NCBI GenBank assembly: GCA_963842525.1
Contig: CAWJGT010000009.1
Span: forward strand, 1,408,001 to 1,472,000
Length of the DNA stretch: 64,000 nucleotides
Source: an uncultured Holophagales bacterium
GTDB taxonomy: Bacteria > Acidobacteriota > Thermoanaerobaculia > Multivoradales > UBA5704
Reading direction: 5' to 3'
A program made the translations under genes and the position numbers. The notes beneath the pieces were generated by a model. That model was not told the DNA's origin. It saw only the letters and a program-made list of their open reading frames with translations, and made no database searches. Shown piece by piece: positions 15,501 to 24,706 of this stretch; the stretch's first letter is position 1; each line of letters begins with the position of its first letter.

Positions 15501-16521
15501 GAGCTATGCCGTGACCGATCTGATCACTCTCGCGTCCGCGGTCCGGAACGACCACGATACGTTCTCGATCACCGGCGTGAGCCTGGCCCTCGCGGTGAGG
15601 AGCGGCGGTCCCGGCGGCATGGGCATCTACGCCGAGTCGCGCGACCTCGCGCCGCTGCCGCCGGGCGCCCGATCGCAGCAGAGCTGGGTGCTCTCCGCAT
15701 CGCAGCAGGCGGGCAGCTACACGGCGGACCTCACCGTGTCTGCGGCCGGCCAGACGCTGGCCACCTGCTCGGCGAGCTTCACCATCGAAAGCTCGGGCGC
15801 CGCCGGCCTCGCCGGCACGCTGACCCTGAATCCCGAGAAGGTCAACGCCGGCGACTCGAGCAACGCCACCTACACGGTGGAGAACCGGGGCAACGAGGCC
15901 CTGACGGACCTTGCCGTCCGCGTGATCCTGGTCCATCCCGTCACGGGCAGCGTCGTGGCTGAGCTGACCGACACGGCGACGCTCCAGCCGGGCCAGAGCT
16001 TCACGAACACGCAGCCGTTCTCCAGCGTCGGCCTCGACACCAACACGGTCTACCTGGCGGTGCTGCTCGCGCAGCCCGCCGGGGCCGACTCCGAGCAGAC
16101 GCTGGACAGCGCCACCTTGACCGTGGTCAACGCGCCGCCCGTTTGCGCGACCGCGGTGGTCACGCCGGGCCGGATCTGGCCGCCAAACCACAAGCTCAAG
16201 CTGGTGAGCATCGGCGGCGTGACCGATCCGGACGGCGATCCGGTGACCGTCAAGGTGACGAGCGTGTTCCAGGACGAGAGGACGGACCACACGGGCGACG
16301 GCAAGACCTGCCCCGATGCGACGGGATTGGGGACCGCCGGCGTGATCCTGCGGGCGGAGCGCTCGGGCCAGTTGGACGGCCGCGTCTACCACCTGTTCTT
16401 CCAGGCCGAGGACGGCCGCGGCGGCCTGTGCGCGAGCCAGGTCACGGTCTGCGTGCCGCACGACAACAACCGCGCCTGCATGGATCAGGGGGCGCTGTTC
16501 GACTCGACGGTCTGCGAATGA
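12556..16521 (+). CDS. Large secreted multidomain protein: prenyltransferase/squalene-oxidase-type repeats, Cys-rich CGDG repeats, IgGFc-binding-like domain, MopE-like metal-binding motif, CARDB-like and C-terminal WPPNH domain
   Basis: RBS ggaggagg before ATG 12556; signal peptide; QxxDGxW repeats; CGDGxVNxPGExCD repeats; DNKGREFFVGFL...LPVDALGTSY; DEDDDGY...DCDDTDPEVNPG..EIPGNGIDDDC; IWPPNHK...LRAERSG..DGRVY. Confidence 0.85.
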   Translation: MNVFPGSRSRSRRIVPGLLILLCGLLASQPGVAQPVPAGVAYLTGSQQADGSWESAEVRRVHATGEALRALQAVGQAPAVRSAAAGYLETATVEDSDDRARRIAGLVAEGLAVAPFVTVLLADADPEGGWGLTSAFLADPLDTSLGLSAVAAQPGPDDNFLRMALIALLSTQKADGGWPCVATRDGDADSEIFCTSQALLALTAYRSRFYLDPQIDAAVGFLRGRLNPDGSFGSAGANDVIHTALASTALAAVPAFGNEVATVNAWLRGRQQPDGSWGGDPYPTALALRALQALAGVPFCGDGAVNRPGEACDGSVPAGLTCEGVGMGSGTLACSPQCTLDTSGCSASPVCGDNLRNQPFEICDGTDLASQTCQTQGFATGTLTCAPDCLSFNVGGCNAAPTCGDGVVNQPGESCDLNDFHGTTCESLGLGGGQLGCTSDCNMDTSQCDSASFVIDNKGREFFVGFLANPLVPATASVHLTSDVPTSVTVQYPVNSPSFSQTVALTPGQVHVVNLPTSSHTGWTAGRVLNNAARVSGPDEFVAYLVNRAAATSDAALALPVDALGTSYIVTTYRGSTAHSGDRAEFLVVAPFDSTTVTITPTATLRMPAPTPNAPPNVPFQITLTRGQGFRAEALLSTADLTGTLIEADRPVAVLNGNLCTNIPSNTVACDHVFEVAHPLRSWGTSALVANLPNRTGGTIYRVVASVDGTEVFRNGVLQAALDKGDFFETGPLTGSHLFSADQPIFVTQFMTGDGAPGATNGDPAMANMIPPDQYLSSYTFSTVGGSQFAQNFLTLIAPDTAVGSVTLDGSPIPPAQFTPIGSTGFSSTLLPLAQGSHSTASPQPHGITVEGFNAFDSYIYPGGAQLEFINQFCGDGSANREAEACDGSDFRGSTCSSFGFASGFLQCTADCRIDTSQCAGFTIEDEDDDGYPATEDCDDTDPEVNPGMPEIPGNGIDDDCNPATPDAIPQTVSCEIFPDRLSYAVTDLITLASAVRNDHDTFSITGVSLALAVRSGGPGGMGIYAESRDLAPLPPGARSQQSWVLSASQQAGSYTADLTVSAAGQTLATCSASFTIESSGAAGLAGTLTLNPEKVNAGDSSNATYTVENRGNEALTDLAVRVILVHPVTGSVVAELTDTATLQPGQSFTNTQPFSSVGLDTNTVYLAVLLAQPAGADSEQTLDSATLTVVNAPPVCATAVVTPGRIWPPNHKLKLVSIGGVTDPDGDPVTVKVTSVFQDERTDHTGDGKTCPDATGLGTAGVILRAERSGQLDGRVYHLFFQAEDGRGGLCASQVTVCVPHDNNRACMDQGALFDSTVCE

Positions 16522-16550
16522 TCAGGGCTTTGAATCACAGGAGAGTTGTC

Positions 16551-16946
16551 ATGGCGAGATTCAGGAAGTTGACGCTGACCGCGGTTTTGGTGGCCGCCGG
16601 ATTGGTGATCGCGAGCGACGGTGCCCAGGCGCAATGCTCGGAGAGCAATCCGGAGATGGTGTGCCCCTTGGCCGTCTGCCAGGCGCTCCAGAGCGTTGTG
16701 GTGGCAAACTGCAAGACTCCTCCTCCGCTCGCGTGCCGGCGAATCTCGGGCTGCGCAGCTCTGCAAGCGATGCGTGCGCGCTGGGCGAGCTGCCGCGACG
16801 CGAGGAACAACATCAACATCACCTGCTTCAGCGGCGGGAACCCCGGGCACAAGACGGCGGCCGACCTGGCCGATCTGAACGTCCGAAATTGTGACGCCAG
16901 GATTGCCCTGCCGGAGCCGACGGGGTGTGCCGACCCCTGTCCCTAG
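16551..16946 (+). CDS. Secreted Cys-rich protein, Ntox16-like predicted toxin domain
   Basis: RBS aggaga, ATG 16551, signal peptide ending AQA. The pattern C..LQ..V...CK....C....C...CRDARNNINITCFSGGNPGH resembles Ntox16. Confidence 0.7.
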   Translation: MARFRKLTLTAVLVAAGLVIASDGAQAQCSESNPEMVCPLAVCQALQSVVVANCKTPPPLACRRISGCAALQAMRARWASCRDARNNINITCFSGGNPGHKTAADLADLNVRNCDARIALPEPTGCADPCP

Positions 16947-16956
16947 GAGGAGCTTC

Positions 16957-17490
16957 ATGGCCGAGGAAGCCGACGAGCTCCAAAACGAGATCCGGGCCGC
17001 TTTCGCCGGGCGGCCGTATCCGGGAGACGACCGCCTGGCCCTCGGCGGGCCGGGCTCCCCCGGGGACGACAGCGAGGACGTGGCGCGGTTCTTTCGGAGC
17101 AAGGACTGGCGGGAGATCACGTTGAATTCGATCCTCGACGGGGGCGAGCTGGATCCGAACGCCTTTCTTTACTTCATGAGCGCCGAGGGTTTCGTGTACT
17201 ACCTGCCGGCTTTCCTGATCGAGTCGTTGGACGTCGACGGTCGTTTCGATCTCGGGGAGCCGCTGGCGTTCCGGCTCACGCCGCCCCAGGGAGATCCGGG
17301 AGATCCCGGACTGGCCGCGTCGAGGGATCTCTTCTCCCGGATCCTCTCGGCCCTGACGCCGGAGGAGAAGCGAGCCGTGGCACACGTTCTGGAACATCTG
17401 GCCCGGGAGTACGAGAAGCGCAGCTACAACTTGAATCTGGCCCAGGCAGCCCTGGACAGCTATTGGGCCGAGCCGGTGGGTTCGCGGTAA
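16957..17490 (+). CDS. DUF6714-like protein, candidate immunity protein
   Basis: RBS aggagg; IRAAFAGRPYPG...KDWREI...FMSAEGFVYYLPAF pattern; lies directly after the toxin-like gene. Confidence 0.7.
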   Translation: MAEEADELQNEIRAAFAGRPYPGDDRLALGGPGSPGDDSEDVARFFRSKDWREITLNSILDGGELDPNAFLYFMSAEGFVYYLPAFLIESLDVDGRFDLGEPLAFRLTPPQGDPGDPGLAASRDLFSRILSALTPEEKRAVAHVLEHLAREYEKRSYNLNLAQAALDSYWAEPVGSR

Positions 17491-17524
17491 ACATCAGGTT
17501 TCGACGACGAGAGCGAGGATCCTC

Positions 17525-20297
17525 ATGTTCTTCAGGAAAAACGGGACGCTCCAGGCAAGCACCGCCGTCGGCGTGCTTGTCACTTTCGGTTGGATGGCGT
17601 CGGGTGGCAACGCCTGGGCGGAGAGCCGGGCCGCGCGGTGCAACCCCGCGGCGACTCTCGCGCGGCTGGCCGACGATCCCCGGCTCGCCCTGTCGGGGGA
17701 GGAGAGGGAATCGATGCGGACGGTGGCGAGCAGCATGACGCCGCGGCGGGAGCCCCTGCGCACGTCCGCGCCCCCTGCCCAACCGGATCCGGCGGCCGAG
17801 ATGCGCGAGATCGCCCGGGAAGCGGCGCTCGCCGTCGACGCCGGCTTGGCGGTCCGCCTCAAGGACCGGCTGGAGGTCGCCCACCGGCAGGTCCTCCGGG
17901 AGTTCGGGGAGACCGAGTCGCTGCTGCGCAAGAACGATCTGCCGAAGGTCATCTGGGAGCGCCACGAGGTCGCCCGCGCCGAGTACATGACGAAGATCCA
18001 GGCGGTGTTCCAGGGCCTCGAGGCCGCGGGCAGGAGCCGCGAATCCCGGGAGGTCCGCTCGGCCATGGCTGCCGCGGCGGAGCTCCTGAGCACCTCGACG
18101 GACGAGCGTCCGCACCAGCCGTTCGATCCCACCCGCATGCCCTTCCGCCAGGCGGAACCTACGCAGCGGAGACCCACCGGGCAGGAGTCCGGCACCCTGG
18201 GCAAGATGGCCGCACCCGCCGTGATCGCCGAGCCCTTTACGGCTCCGACGCCCGGCGATCTCGCGGCGACCGAGGACGCGCAGATCACTCCCGAGGTCCA
18301 GGCCCTGGCGGCTTCGCTGGGCAATCAGCCGCTGAGGATCTATGACTGGGTCCGCAACAACGTCGAGCTCGTCCCCACCTATGGCTCCGTGCAGGGCTCG
18401 CAGATGACGGTGGACGCGAAGCGGGGCAACGCGTTCGACACTGCCAGCCTGCTGATCGCCCTGCTACGGGCCGCGGGAGTTCCCGCGCGATACGTCACCG
18501 GAACCATCGAGATCCCGGTCGCCGAGGTGATGAACTGGGTGGGTGGAGTCGCCAGCCCCGGGGTGGCACAGCAGCTCCTCGGGCAGGGCGGCGTCCCGAA
18601 CGTCGGCCTCATCTCCGGCGGCGAGGTCACCCACATCCGGATCGAGCACGTCTGGGTCGAGGCCTTCGTCGACAACATCCCGAGCCGCGGCGCGGTTAAC
18701 CGCGAAGGGGACACCTGGGTGCCGATGGACGCCTCCTTCAAGCTCCACACGTTCACGGCCCGGTCGGAGCTGTTCGCGTTGAACCCGATCAGCGCGGTCG
18801 TCGATCCCAACGATCATCTCTTCGACGTGGACGAGTCCCTCGGCCAGGTCACCAACGTCGATTCCCAGCCGATGGAAGACCGGCTGATCGCTTGGTCCGA
18901 GCAGAACGACGAGTACTTCATCTCCAACGGCTACCCGGCGGCGATCGGAGACCTGGTGGGGAAGAAGGTTATCGTCCCGGAGACGAGCGCCGTCTTTCCT
19001 GCCTCTCTCCCTTACGAGGTCCTCAACCGCAAGGCGGCGGCGAGTGCGCTGCCCGACAACCTGCGTCACTACGTCACCCTCAAGGGCTTCGGCTCAGAGC
19101 TCGACCGCGCCTTCGGCTCGCCCTCCTTCAGCGTGAGGTTGAGCCTGCCGGAGCTGAACAGCCGCCGGTTGAGCTTCCAGTTCGATCCGGCCACCCAGGC
19201 CGACGCCGACACGCTGGCGGCGGCGCGCAACAGCGGGGCCGATACGCTCCCCGTCTACCTCATCAACGTCGTCCCGGTCGTCCGGCTCGACGGCGTCGAG
19301 CGGGCGCGGGGCGCCAGCGTGCGGATGGGCAGCTCCTACTTCGCGGACGTAGTGTTCCAGGGGCCTGACGGGCCGACGACAGTGCCCTATCAGATCGTGG
19401 CGGGAGACGAGATCGCGGTGGGCGTCACGGGCAACGGCGTCACCCAGGAGGTGCTCGCGAAGCGCTTCGCCGCCCATCCGGTCGACAACGCGCCGGAGTT
19501 CTTCCACCAGGTGCAGCTGCACTACTGGATGGAGTGCGACGTCCTGGGCGAAGCCGCCGCCGGCGCGCGCGGCGTCCACATGCTGCGGCTGCCGTCGGTC
19601 GGGTTCTTCAGCTCGCCACTGAACGTAACCTACTTCTTCGGTTCGCCCAGGACAGGCTTCTACCAGGGCCGGGCCATGGACGTGAGGCAGTCCCTGCTCG
19701 GCGCGACGGGCGAAGACCCGGCGAAGGTCGTCGAGTTCATGAAGCAGTCGGGCTTCCAGGGGTCGTATCTCGAGGGCGCGATCTTCGATCAGCTCAAGGA
19801 CCCGTCGGATCTGAAGGTCAAGGGGATTTCCGCGGCCCACCTGCTCAACGACGCGATGTCGCAAGGAATCCCGGTCTACCGCATCACGTCCGCGAACTCG
19901 GCTTCGGTGTTGCCGCTGCTCGCGCTCAGCTCCGCGGTCGAGAGGGACATCAGCACGGCCGTGAGCCAGGGCAAGACGGTGCTCGCCCCGGAACGGAACC
20001 TCGATCTCGGTCCGTGGGCCGGCGTCGGCTACATCATCCAGGACGAGACGACGGGGGCGGGCGCCTACATGATCTCCGGCGGGCTCGCCGGCGGTGGGTG
20101 GCTCGACTGCCTTCGCATCCCGGTCCCGAGCTGGGAAACGGTCTTCGCCATCATCTTCTTTCTGCTCCTGATCGCTCTCATCATCGCGGCCATCCTGTCA
20201 GCGCCGGTGGGAAGCTCCGGCCTACGCGGCGATTGTGCTGGTCCTGCTCCTGGTAGGAGCGATGAGCGGATCAGGGAGCCCGCCGACCTCGGCGTAG
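17525..20297 (+). CDS. Large transglutaminase-like domain protein; probable frameshift near 20211 (uncorrected ORF runs to 20398)
   Basis: IYDWVRNN..PTYGS, GNAFDTASLLIALLRAAGVPARYVTG, EHVWVEA, WVPMDASFK and GAYMISGGLAGG. Removing one A at ~20211 gives a second hydrophobic helix, APAYAAIVLVLLLVGAM, and a stop at 20295-20297. Confidence 0.8.
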
Positions 20298-20548
20298 AGC
20301 CCGAGAGGTCACTGCTTCCACCCCGGCCCGCGCACCACGCGGACCGGGGTGGCGGGAGCAGGAGGCCGCCGCGATCCCATGGGATCGACAGAGATTGAAG
20401 AACCGCGCTGCCAGGACGTGGTCGCCCGGAAGAGTCTTGAGGTAGCGGAAGGACGAGCTTCTCGTGGAGAGCCTCGAAGACCTTGTCACTGCGGATGCCC
20501 GACAGGACTTCCTGGCGTACTCGCTACACTCTCCGGAGTCAGCTCTCT

Positions 20549-20642
20549 CTCTGGCCCGCAACGAGTACGGCCCATGCTCTACAGCCGCGAGGCGGTGGAG
20601 CAGGGGGCCGAGGAGAGGTTGACGCTGAAGCCTGCGCCGTAG
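20549..20642 (+). repeat. Diverged duplicate of the acylase gene 3' end (direct repeat of ~11995-12080)
   Basis: ctctggcccgcaacgagtacggcccatgctctacagccgcgaggcggtggag...gaggagaggttgacgctgaagcc matches the acylase end; translation PMLYSREAVEQGAEERLTLKP versus PMLYSREAVEGGAEEKLTLKP. Confidence 0.9.
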
Positions 20643-20687
20643 CCGGATGGACCCGGTCTGGGGATGGACGACGAAGCGGTGGGGCCG

Positions 20688-20915
20688 TGTGGACCTGGCG
20701 CGTCGCCTGTCGGACCTGCGAGGTGGTCCGGCGGCCCTGCGGATTGGTCGGTCGGACCTCCAGTGTGGCCCAGGTGACCTGCGAGTTGGTCGGTCGGCCC
20801 TCCGGGGTGGTCCAGGTGACCTCCGGGTCGGTCGGTCTACGGTGCGGGTCGGACAGTCGGCCCCGCGGGTTGGTCAATCTGAGCTCCAGGTCGGTCAGTA
20901 GGTCCTGCGGGGTCG
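20688..20915. repeat. Degenerate 21-bp tandem repeat (~10 units)
   Basis: Units such as ggtcggtcggacctccagtgt, ggcccaggtgacctgcgagtt and ggtcggtcggccctccggggt; 7-aa periodicity in the translations. Confidence 0.7.
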
Positions 20916-20951
20916 TGTCCTTACTCAGTGTAGGTGGTAGAGGGGCGTAAG

Positions 20952-21227
20952 ATGACGGGTCCCCATCATACCACTCCCGTCCCCCTGGAGGAGCCCCATC
21001 TCGAACGGCTCCGGCGCTTGATCGAAGAGCAGTATGAATCCTGCCGCACCGGGACAGGCGCCTCTTTCGGAGAGATCCTCTGCCACGAGATCCACGAGAA
21101 CGGGATGACCTTCGTCTGGCTCGCAGAGAAGTGGGGGCTGAGCCTGCCCACTCTCGGCGAGCTGATCTGGGATCACTGCAAGCGGCTGGAGGCAGAGCCG
21201 GTCGTGCGCCACGGCTACCGCCGCTAG
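20952..21227 (+). CDS. Small hypothetical protein, possible HTH
   Basis: 91-aa ORF with host-like codon usage and purine-rich upstream sequence; GMTFVWLAEKWGLSLPTLGELI. Confidence 0.55.
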   Translation: MTGPHHTTPVPLEEPHLERLRRLIEEQYESCRTGTGASFGEILCHEIHENGMTFVWLAEKWGLSLPTLGELIWDHCKRLEAEPVVRHGYRR

Positions 21228-21391
21228 CACCCGCCTTTCTGTATCAAGCCGCTACAGCGCGAGCACATGGGAAGACCGCCCGTGCCATCCGTCTTGTACT
21301 TGGATTCGATGTTATTTCCTTCGGTGCAGTTAGAGCAGACGTGGTGAACGTCCTTCTTCAGGCTGCTGTAGAACGGCGCGACTCTTGCCAT
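21224..21391 (-). CDS. 55-aa His/Cys-rich small protein, putative metal binder (absent from the ORF track)
   Basis: RBS aggaggt 5 nt before ATG; MARVAPFYSSLKKDVHHVCSNCTEGNNIESKYKTDGTGGLPMCSRCSGLIQKGGC*. Confidence 0.75.
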   Translation of the reverse strand: MARVAPFYSSLKKDVHHVCSNCTEGNNIESKYKTDGTGGLPMCSRCSGLIQKGGC

Positions 21392-21655
21392 GGGTCACCT
21401 CCTGTCCCGGCGGGAATGCCGGGCTCTACAGGAGCAGACACGGAAGCCCGTGAATGGTTTAGGCAGAGGAGTGGATAAGCCGGACGGCAGGGCGTGAGGT
21501 TAGGCTCCGTTTCCTGCCGTCCGGGTGCTGCGGCTCCCACAGCCACCATCCAGCCATACAGAGGCCCGGGACTACCCGTCTAAGGCTGTGACTGGCGGCG
21601 CTACATCCACTTTGAGCCCCTAACGGCTCACCGGGGGACTGTGGTTATCCTTCCG

Positions 21656-21757
21656 TCACCAGCTCGCGCGCACTGCGCGAATCCCGTACTGGGAGTCGCC
21701 GGTTACGGCTCGGTGTTTCCGGCTTACCTTCAGAACGTTGCCGATTAGCTCGGCCAT
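21656..21757 (-). CDS. Candidate 33-aa small ORF
   Basis: RBS aaaggagg 7 nt before ATG; MAELIGNVLKVSRKHRAVTGDSQYGIRAVRASW*. Confidence 0.35.
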   Translation of the reverse strand: MAELIGNVLKVSRKHRAVTGDSQYGIRAVRASW

Positions 21758-22337
21758 GGGCAGTCCTCCTTTCGGGCAGGGCCGTCCACCATCGGAAGGC
21801 ACCTACATTGTACGCCCTGTGCGGCTGAGAGTTTCAGAGACTACGTGGCGAAGGAGGTCCCCATCGGGCTTCCTCTACTCTCCTCCCGTAGAATCCCATC
21901 AAGCGCGAGGTTGACCCGAATACCGGGTGCCACAGACCACGGCCACCGGCATTTTGTCATACGATCGCATTGCGCTCTGTGCCAATTTACTGGCACAAAC
22001 CGTATGACGAGCGCAATACAATCCGAGATCCGTCGCGTCTGTCAAAGGAACGGCTTGACACGGAGTATGGTTTGAAGTGTAGGCTTGTCGAGTGTTGAAG
22101 GAGGACGAACCGACCTAGAAAGCGAAAACCCCGCCAGGGGCGGGGCTCTCTAACCGATCCTGAAGGCCGTCACGGCCGGTAGGAATGGCTCCTAAGCAAG
22201 GCTATCCTACCGCCGTGGCGCCTCTGGGTCAAGACCCAAAGGAGGTGCCATGCACCACTTCTACAGGGGACCTCTACCCCGACATCGTTTCATCTGGGGC
22301 CTCAACCTGAAGTCCCTCCCGCGGGCCTGGATACCGC

Positions 22338-22526
22338 CTAGCGGCTCCGCTTCTTCGCGGCGGGCGGCTCGATCGCCTCCACTTCCGCGCGAGCGGCTCG
22401 GTTAAGGCGGTCCCTGATCCAGTTGGACAGGGGCCGCCCGTCCTGATCTGCCGCCCGCTGATACAGCTCCTTCTCTGCCGGGGAGACACGCATGTCCAGA
22501 CGGATGCTCTTCGCTTCGCCAGTCAT
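22338..22526 (-). CDS. Ribbon-helix-helix protein (DUF1778-like)
   Basis: MTGEAKSIRLDMRVSPAEKELYQRAADQDGRPLSNWIRDRLNRAA shows the beta-strand plus two-helix RHH pattern. Confidence 0.75.
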   Translation of the reverse strand: MTGEAKSIRLDMRVSPAEKELYQRAADQDGRPLSNWIRDRLNRAARAEVEAIEPPAAKKRSR

Positions 22527-22573
22527 ACAGACAGTGTACAGCAAACTTCCCGACATTCCTAGTCGGAAACCCC

Positions 22574-22602
22574 TTGACGCGTGCAGACGTTGTCTGTACA
22601 AT
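22574..22602 (+). promoter_or_regulatory. Sigma70-type promoter of the transposase, with a palindromic operator
   Basis: TTGACG-17 bp-TACAAT; dyad gtgcagac-gtt-gtctgtac covers the spacer and -10. Confidence 0.7.
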
Positions 22603-22628
22603 GTCCCCTGTAAGTCAGAGAACGAGCC

Positions 22629-23630
22629 ATGGACGCCCCCGACACCCTGCCCACGCCTGCCCCCGAGGGGATCGCCTGCCGGCCCTGCGGCGGTCGCACC
22701 ATCGGATGGGGCAAGGACAAGGGCGGCAACCCGCGCCGGAAGTGCAAGGCGTGCGGGGCGACGTTCGGAATCATCCCGGAGCGTCCTCTCGGTCGGATGC
22801 GGATCGACATGGACAAGGCCGTTCTCTGCATCTCCATGCTGACAGAAGGTTCGTCGATTCGTTCAACGGAACGGGTGAGCGGCATCCATCGGGACACGAT
22901 CATGCGGCTCCTCCGGGTTGCCGGCCGGAAGTGCGAGAGCCTGTTGGGCAGGCATCTCCGGGCGGTCCCCGTGAAGGACGCCCAAGGGGACGAGCTGTGG
23001 TGCTACGTCGGCATGAAAGAGAAGACTAAAGTACGCAAGGGCGAGACGAATCCCGAGCTAGGCGATGCTTATACGTTCGTCGCGCACGACAGGGAATCGA
23101 AGCTGGTGCTCGCTTGGCACATGGGCCACCGGACGGCAGAGGATACGTCGATCTTCATCGCCAAGCTTGCGACGGCCGCCGCACCCAAGGACGGAGCGGA
23201 GCGTTATCAGCTTACGACCGATGGATGGCCCGCCTACCCGGCCGCGATCGAGCAGCATCTCGGCGGCTCGGTCGATTACGCACAATTGGTCAAGACGTAC
23301 TCGGGAGAGGGAATGGACAGCGAGCGGCGGTATTCACCGCCCTCGATAATATCGAGCGAGAAGATCGTCGTTCACGGGACCCCGGACGAGCACCGGATCT
23401 GCACCAGCCACGTTGAACGAAACAATCTGCACATCAGAATGCAGATGCGGCGGTTTACCCGGTTGACGAACGCATTCTCGCGGAAGCGGGAGAACCTGCG
23501 GGCGGCTCTGGCGCTTCATTTCGCCGCCTATAACTTCGCTTGGATGCACTCCTCGATCCGCATGACCCCCGCCATGAAGGCCGGGCTCGTCCGGAAGCCT
23601 TGGACGGTGCGGGACCTGCTAATGGCTTAG
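22629..23630 (+). mobile_element. IS1-family transposase (single ORF)
   Basis: N-terminal CxxC...CxxC zinc ribbon and HTH, then DELWCYVGMK, TTDGWPAY and TSHVERNNLHIRMQMRRFTRLTNAFSRK. Terminal inverted repeats were not identified. Confidence 0.88.
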
Positions 23631-24110
23631 TTGACGGACTTGTCCAACGGCGCTCCGCAGCGCCGATGAATAGACCACACGATGAACAGAAGACCGTTCC
23701 TCACCAAGCGAGCCGCCGAAAGAAGAGAGGCCCTACTCAGCGAATCGGCATACAGATCCTTCACCACAACAACTTCCCTTAATGGATGGTCAACTCCTTG
23801 AAAGTCCAAATCCATCCCAAGGAGCCGGAAACGTAAACCCCAGAGAAACTCTTCTCGTTCGTCCTGAGTAAGGGCGTTAATCTTTGAGTCCTGCCAGTCA
23901 GCGACTACCATTGAGCCGCTGAGGATGATTTTCTCTGGTTCGAACGATCTTCTGACCTACCCCAAAACCTATTGCATTCTGATGTGCTACCACGCACCAA
24001 AGGGCATCCGATTCCGGCGCGTTAACGACCTCATAGCCTTCCGTCCTCAGCCAGTCAGTTACTTGCTCCTTGGTTTTTTCATAGCGTCTCTCTCCGCTAT
24101 TCGCTGCCAT
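23627..24110 (-). CDS. Low-GC hypothetical protein (DUF2299-like), split by a frameshift near 23940
   Basis: RBS ggagg before ATG 24110. ORFs 23898-24164 and 23627-23911 join into one plausible protein (VTDWLRTEGY...EFLWGLRFRLL...LYADSLS). Confidence 0.55.
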
Positions 24111-24214
24111 TGGCACCTCCCAAGTTAATAGAGGCAAGCCTAACATATGGAGAGGGCGTGACATTGCAGCCTATGATGTGGCAAAATGTCGCGCTTGTCA
24201 AGCTATTGTGCGAC

Positions 24215-24246
24215 AAAAAGGGCCGGCCTCTCTCGGAAACCGGCCC
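24215..24246 (-). terminator. Rho-independent terminator
   Basis: On the minus strand: gggccgg-loop-ccggccc followed by ttttt, immediately after the stop at 24254. Confidence 0.6.
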
Positions 24247-24253
24247 CGGAGTC

Positions 24254-24706
24254 CTACGTGGCTTCTCTGAGATGCCGCGCCGTGACGGCCGCTGCCGCTT
24301 GCTCGTCCCGCAGGAGGAGCGGGGCGAGGTCTGCCGCCAAACTGCGGCAGTGTCGTGCGTAGCGGAACGTCGCGAGCAACTTGCGCTCCGGCAGGAACAC
24401 GAGCGAGTAGGTGTGGGTCGAGCCGGTTGGGATCGGCCCTGCGGACGAGCCGTGGAAGATCCCGAACGGCCTGGAGAGCCACCCGCGCAACTCGGGCTCC
24501 ATGCCGTCCTCCAGGAGGACACGGAAGCGCCCAAGGTGCCAAGCCAAAGGAAGAGGATGGCCGGCCGTTCTACGGTGCTCCAGATAGGCGTCTAGGGCCG
24601 ATGCCGCCCATTGTCCTACGCTACGATAGCCTTCCGCCTCGGAAGCTTGCTTCCATCTGGCGCTCTGCCGTGGATCGGCGCGAACGTTGAACGAGGCAAC
24701 TTTCAC
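24254..24706 (-). CDS. Hypothetical protein, RHH-like N-terminus plus a domain paralogous to the upstream gene
   Basis: GTG overlaps the upstream TGA; SFNVRADPRQSARWKQASEAEGYRSVGQWAASALDAY. Confidence 0.65.
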   Translation of the reverse strand: MKVASFNVRADPRQSARWKQASEAEGYRSVGQWAASALDAYLEHRRTAGHPLPLAWHLGRFRVLLEDGMEPELRGWLSRPFGIFHGSSAGPIPTGSTHTYSLVFLPERKLLATFRYARHCRSLAADLAPLLLRDEQAAAAVTARHLREAT

